The notes below the pieces were generated by a model, which was not told the origin of the DNA, searched no databases, and saw nothing but the letters and a program-made list of their open reading frames with translations. Position numbers and translations under genes: made by a program. A stretch of DNA of 64,000 nt, taken from positions 98,272,001 to 98,336,000 of the forward strand of contig NC_058368.1 in the NCBI RefSeq assembly GCF_018350175.1, written 5' to 3'. Positions 59,635 through 64,000 of this stretch are shown piece by piece. This DNA is from Felis catus (Eukaryota). Positions within the stretch are counted from its first letter, which is position 1. Each line of letters opens with the position of its first letter.

Positions 59635-60050
59635 TATGTGTATTGCTGTGTAATAAATCGCTTTGGAACTTAAAGTGACTTAAAGCTACAACAATATTCC
59701 CACAATATTGTACATCAGGTACTTGAACAGGACTCAGCTGGGGACTTGGGAATCTGGAATCATTCACCTGTGTGGTGTCTCATTGCTTTGCCATATGGCC
59801 TCTTTACCTTTCTTCTATGGTATAGCCTTGATATGCTTAGAGCATGGTTCAGCTTTTGGACAGAGTTCAAAGATAACCTGACCTTGTGAGAAAGTAATTG
59901 TAAATTCCCTGTTTGCATCATGCTTGCTACTGTACCACTGGCCGATGTGCATCCTACATTATTAGAGTCAGTGTCTGGAGTGGTCTATAAAGGAATGAAT
60001 GTAAGGATATGTGGTTCATCGCGGTCCACTAATGGGATAGTCTTTACCAT
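59635..60050 (-). mobile_element. Old MaLR LTR (MLT1J/K/L-like)
   Basis: tattgctgtgtaataaatcgc...aaagtgacttaaag...aacaggactcagctggg...catcatgcttgctactgtaccactggcc...gtggttcat. Confidence 0.6.
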
Positions 60051-61993
60051 GGCTTTGATGGGAATTAAAAAATGTGAAAGTTGACAGTTTTCATAAATGT
60101 CTGCTATGAAGTAATCCAGTAATTCTCAAATTACTGAAACTAGTTCCAAAGACCTCCAAAAATTTAATGACAGCAGCTTAATATAGATCTAATTCATTGT
60201 ACTAATTAGAACATGATGTGTTTATGCTACTATTGAGGAAAGTCATTTCTCATGGAAAACAAAAACAAAAAACGAGTCATCATAGGTGATTATCCTTCTC
60301 CTTCCTTAAAGAGAAGTTCTAGAAAGAATCCTAGGCAGAGAATTCTAGTATTTGTCCTGCTCAATTGATACAGTTGATGGAGAAGTATTTATTTTCTGGG
60401 CCTCAGTTTTCTTTTTATAAAATTAGACATTTGGTCTGATGGTCACAGTGAATGCTTCCAGCTCCATATTTTCACGTGTTCTTTGGTCTTAGTGGAAATA
60501 CCTGGGGTAGTTTGAAAAGTTACAGTCTTGCTTAGGCAGTAGTACTGGGAAAGGGTAATTTGTGATTTTCTTTTGCTTTTATGTGAAATGCTTATTGTGT
60601 TCTCAATAGTCTTGGCATGAAATAAACTTCTAATGAGAATTAGTTTCACTCAGAGGTAAAACAAGTAGTTCACCTTTTTAATTTTGAGTGTCTGTACTCA
60701 GAAAAAGAAAACAGAAAAATTGTTTAAACAAAAAGTCATTCATGTAATCATTCTGTCATCCTTGTATTGATCCTTCAATCTACTGATCTATTTACTGAGT
60801 AATTACAGTATTAGAGAATATTCCATAATGAATGTGTGTACAGAGTTGTGGTAGGGTCTGAAAATAGATGCATGCAGCAGTTTTGTTAAACTGTAAGAAT
60901 GTTTTTAAATGTTGTAAATATAATTTGGAATTTAGGCTCTTCAGATCTCTGTCTTAGACCAGCCTCCTTCATATGTTTGTGATGTGTGCCCCTGAAGACA
61001 TTTAAGTTTCTAGGAACCCTAGCTTAAAGTAGTATTATCTCTCAAAAAACAGTATATTATTAAGAATTTATTTTGTCAGGCTTTATCAGGAAGTAAACCT
61101 GGGCCTCCAGACAAAGGTTTGGAGAGGAGTGTGGCTGTTAGGACCTGGAGGAGCAAAGATGAAGAGCATATTGTATCCTGGGAATCTGGTGGTGAGGTCA
61201 GGGAAGGTCAAAGATAAAGCCAACTTTGAATATTTAAGCGATCCTTGACTTCTTATTTTGGTAAACAATTGTCATGTTAGGTAACAGACATGGAAGAATT
61301 GTCACTTATTTGAGAGAGGGGAAATTAAAATTGAGGACAGATGTTTGGTGTTTAAAACCAAGGTAATCATTTATCCTGACAACAGGGCCATGGGCCCTGT
61401 GGAGTAATTTTATGTTATTGTTATATTAGTGATGACTATGTTATTATCCAAATTGATCCTAATTTTTCTCTTTCTCTCTTATTTAATCCTAATCTTGGAC
61501 AGTGCTTTTAATTCATTTGGAATAATGAAAGAATTATATGCAAATGAACAAATCATGTAAGGATAGCTCTGGAAGTCAGGGTGGACTCACTTGGGAGTTA
61601 TGCATGTTAGTCATAGGCTGTTATGATAAAAATGCCTTTGTTATCTTACAAGGAGTAAAATAGCAAAACTAAACTCAAGCTCACATAGTATCCTAAAACA
61701 GCTTCTAAGAAATGTACACCTTGACTGTATTCCAAGATATGCATTCAGTTCCACTGAAAGTTTTTAAAGATTAATACAAAGCACTGAACATTTCCCCAAG
61801 ATGAGCAATTCAAAGACAGGTAGCCTCATGGCAAATAGTAAAATTATGCCTTAGCAGGGCAATGGTCTCCATTGGCTCCTACTGTCACAGTTCCTTGGTC
61901 CTACTAGCTTTTCAAGAAACTGAAAATACTGGAGACCCAAAAATTACTGGCTCCAAAGTACGTAAAGAAAATTTTACATTTAAAATGGTTTCA

Positions 61994-62200
61994 GGGGCAC
62001 CTCTATGGCTCATTTGGTTAAGCATCCGACTTTGGCTCACTCACAATCTTGTGTTTCGTGGGTTTGAGCCCTGCGTTGGGCTCTGTGATGACAGCTCAAA
62101 GCCTGGAGCCTGCTTCTGATTCTGTGGCTCCCTTTCTCTCTGTCTGTCCCCTATTCATGCTCTGTCTGTCTCTATCTCAAAAATAATAATAAAAAATGCA
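61994..62200 (+). mobile_element. SINEC_Fc-type SINE
   Basis: ggggcacc...gcctggagcctgcttctgattctgt...A tail. Confidence 0.92.
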
Positions 62201-62279
62201 TAAAAATGTATAAAGTGAATTCATATTGAAGACACACTATGCATAGCAATGGCAACTGATAATAGTTGGTTGCAATAGA

Positions 62280-62507
62280 AAATAAAACCTTGGATTGCAA
62301 GTAACTTGTTCTGTGAGTGTTCCGCAAGATGAGCAAACATTTTAAATAAATTTTAAATTGACAAATGAGAGATGTCTTGCAATACGAGTGGTACGTGGTG
62401 CTGAACATCATGTGATCACAAGTGACACAATTTACTTTGATATACGAGTGCTTTGGATTACAAGCATATTTCCGGAATGAATTATTCTTGCAAATCAAGG
62501 TTTATTC
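62280..62507. mobile_element. Tc1/mariner (Tigger/pogo-like) MITE
   Basis: ~24-bp terminal inverted repeats aataaaaccttggattgcaag / cttgcaaatcaaggtttatt; TA immediately 3' (62508-62509). Confidence 0.75.
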
Positions 62508-64000
62508 TATACTCCAGTTTTAAATAATTATGTAGAAACAGTATTTAGTGGGGATATGAATGTATTTTGATGTTTGATATTATAGGCAGCACAGGGCATC
62601 ACAAATAATTGCCTAGAGCCTAAGAAGTTCTTAGAATTTTCTCTCACTCTTTTTCTCTCCATCTTTCTCTGTCTGTATCCCCCTCCTCTATCACCCAGAC
62701 AATGTCTTCTTTTGTGTCCTCCTTTTTCCGTTCTCCCCATTCTCATCCCAGGCGTTATAAGATAGATGGAGAGGGCTTTTCCACTCATGAAGAAGAAAAT
62801 CATTATACATTCCTTGGACCTTTAAGACAAAAATATCATGGCCAGGTTTTAAGTGTTCTGCATCCATTAAAGACCCGTGTTATCTGGTTCCTTTTGGTAA
62901 CCATTCTCTTAATCAGTCAAGTATTTTATTAGAGGACATGTGGGTGAGCAGTGCTGTTGGTTTCTTAATTATATCTACTCATCACTTGTATTTTGGGAAA
63001 TATTTTCAGGATATTTTTAACTTTTAAAAACAGAAACACACCTGACTGCAAAACCACTGAGAGCTTTTTGGAAATGCCAAAGAAAGTAGATTCTCACATT
63101 GTGCTGAAGTTTATTCAGAGAGTAGTTTACATTTTTGTTTCTATACATGCAAATGAGGATAAATCAAATAATTATATGAATAAATAATTGGATAAGGTAA
63201 TCAGTAGAAATTAATTTTACCAGGAGAGCTTTTTATGTTAAGATTCCTTGAGAAGCAATCTAGATGTAGCCATGCAAACTGAGTGCATACTACTCTAAAA
63301 GTGACAATTTCTTCTGTGTTCTAAATGATTTCATTATCATGAGAAACATTTCTTCTAAAGTTGGCATTATTTATTGTCAGTCAAATATAGCTAAGGGCAA
63401 TATAATACACATTTTGAGTTATGGGTCTCTGTTCCTCTGTATCACAATATAAAATTTCTGGCCACCATCATACTTTGTGAATCATCTGTGGCAGGTGTCA
63501 CTGAAGGTCATTCATAAACCCTATTTTCAAGTGATAGAGTCTCTTCTTTTGAAATGCTACTGAGCTAGATCATCTCTGATAATTTATGTGCTTTAATTAG
63601 ATCATAAAGTCAGAGAATATGCTACAAAATAATCTTTGGTTTAATTTTTTCTGTTCCTGTCGCTTCATTAAATGAAATATTTATTACATTTAAGTAATTT
63701 TAATACTTTATTAATTTTCATTAATATTCGTTACACACAGTATGCTTACAATCGCTAACTAGGTGATCATGTGGTCTTTAAGACTTTTTAATAAACCATA
63801 TGAGTATATTCAGTTAGAGCATGGTTATCTAATTTTGGAGAAAAAATGGACTTTTTGTTGGAATTTTTAATTTCCCAAGATGCGAAAGAAAAGGGTGTCA
63901 TTGTATAGTAAGTCAAATAGACATAAACTGAGATCTCTTTAAATATATGGAAAAGGCAGCTATCTTTTTATAATAAAAATTGGGTTGTTTTGATTCATCT

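Noticed and set aside
548..62119. Recurring short ORFs with motifs like 'SAQVMISQF...LTAQSLEPASDSVSPSL'
   Set aside because: These are translations of Can-SINE bodies, often from non-ATG starts; not a protein family.
1..64000. A novel multi-gene system, CRISPR array or operon
   Set aside because: The DNA is mammalian and repeat-dominated. There are no regularly spaced repeat-spacer units and no cluster of intact non-TE ORFs; the recurring ~200-bp repeats are dispersed SINEs with individual TSDs.

Overview
AT-rich, repeat-dense mammalian genomic DNA, almost certainly from a felid or feliform carnivore: it carries about 29 tRNA-derived Can-SINE/SINEC_Fc copies and cat-type L1. It looks intronic or intergenic, and I can recognise no intact cellular protein-coding gene. 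Best-supported contents: (1) a full-length ~6.0 kb young L1 (34338-40335) with a perfect TSD, an intact ORF1, and an ORF2 broken only by a 2-nt A-run expansion; (2) a 5'-truncated sibling L1 (29510-31173); (3) a decayed processed pseudogene of ARHGEF39 (~50762-52345); (4) a 730-bp ERV solo LTR with a 6-bp TSD (11566-12295); (5) a 3'-truncated 'tailless' 5S rRNA retrocopy with a 20-bp TSD (57901-57994); (6) MER20, MER5, MER58 and Tigger-like DNA transposon remnants, MLT1 LTRs, old L1/L2/MIR fragments and microsatellites. One splice-bounded 258-nt open frame (41398-41655) and a few CpG/motif clusters could belong to an unidentified host gene or enhancer. I see no convincing evidence of a new multi-gene system. 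Most short ORFs in the track are repeat-derived or chance. Repeat family names come from recalled consensus sequences, not from a database search.
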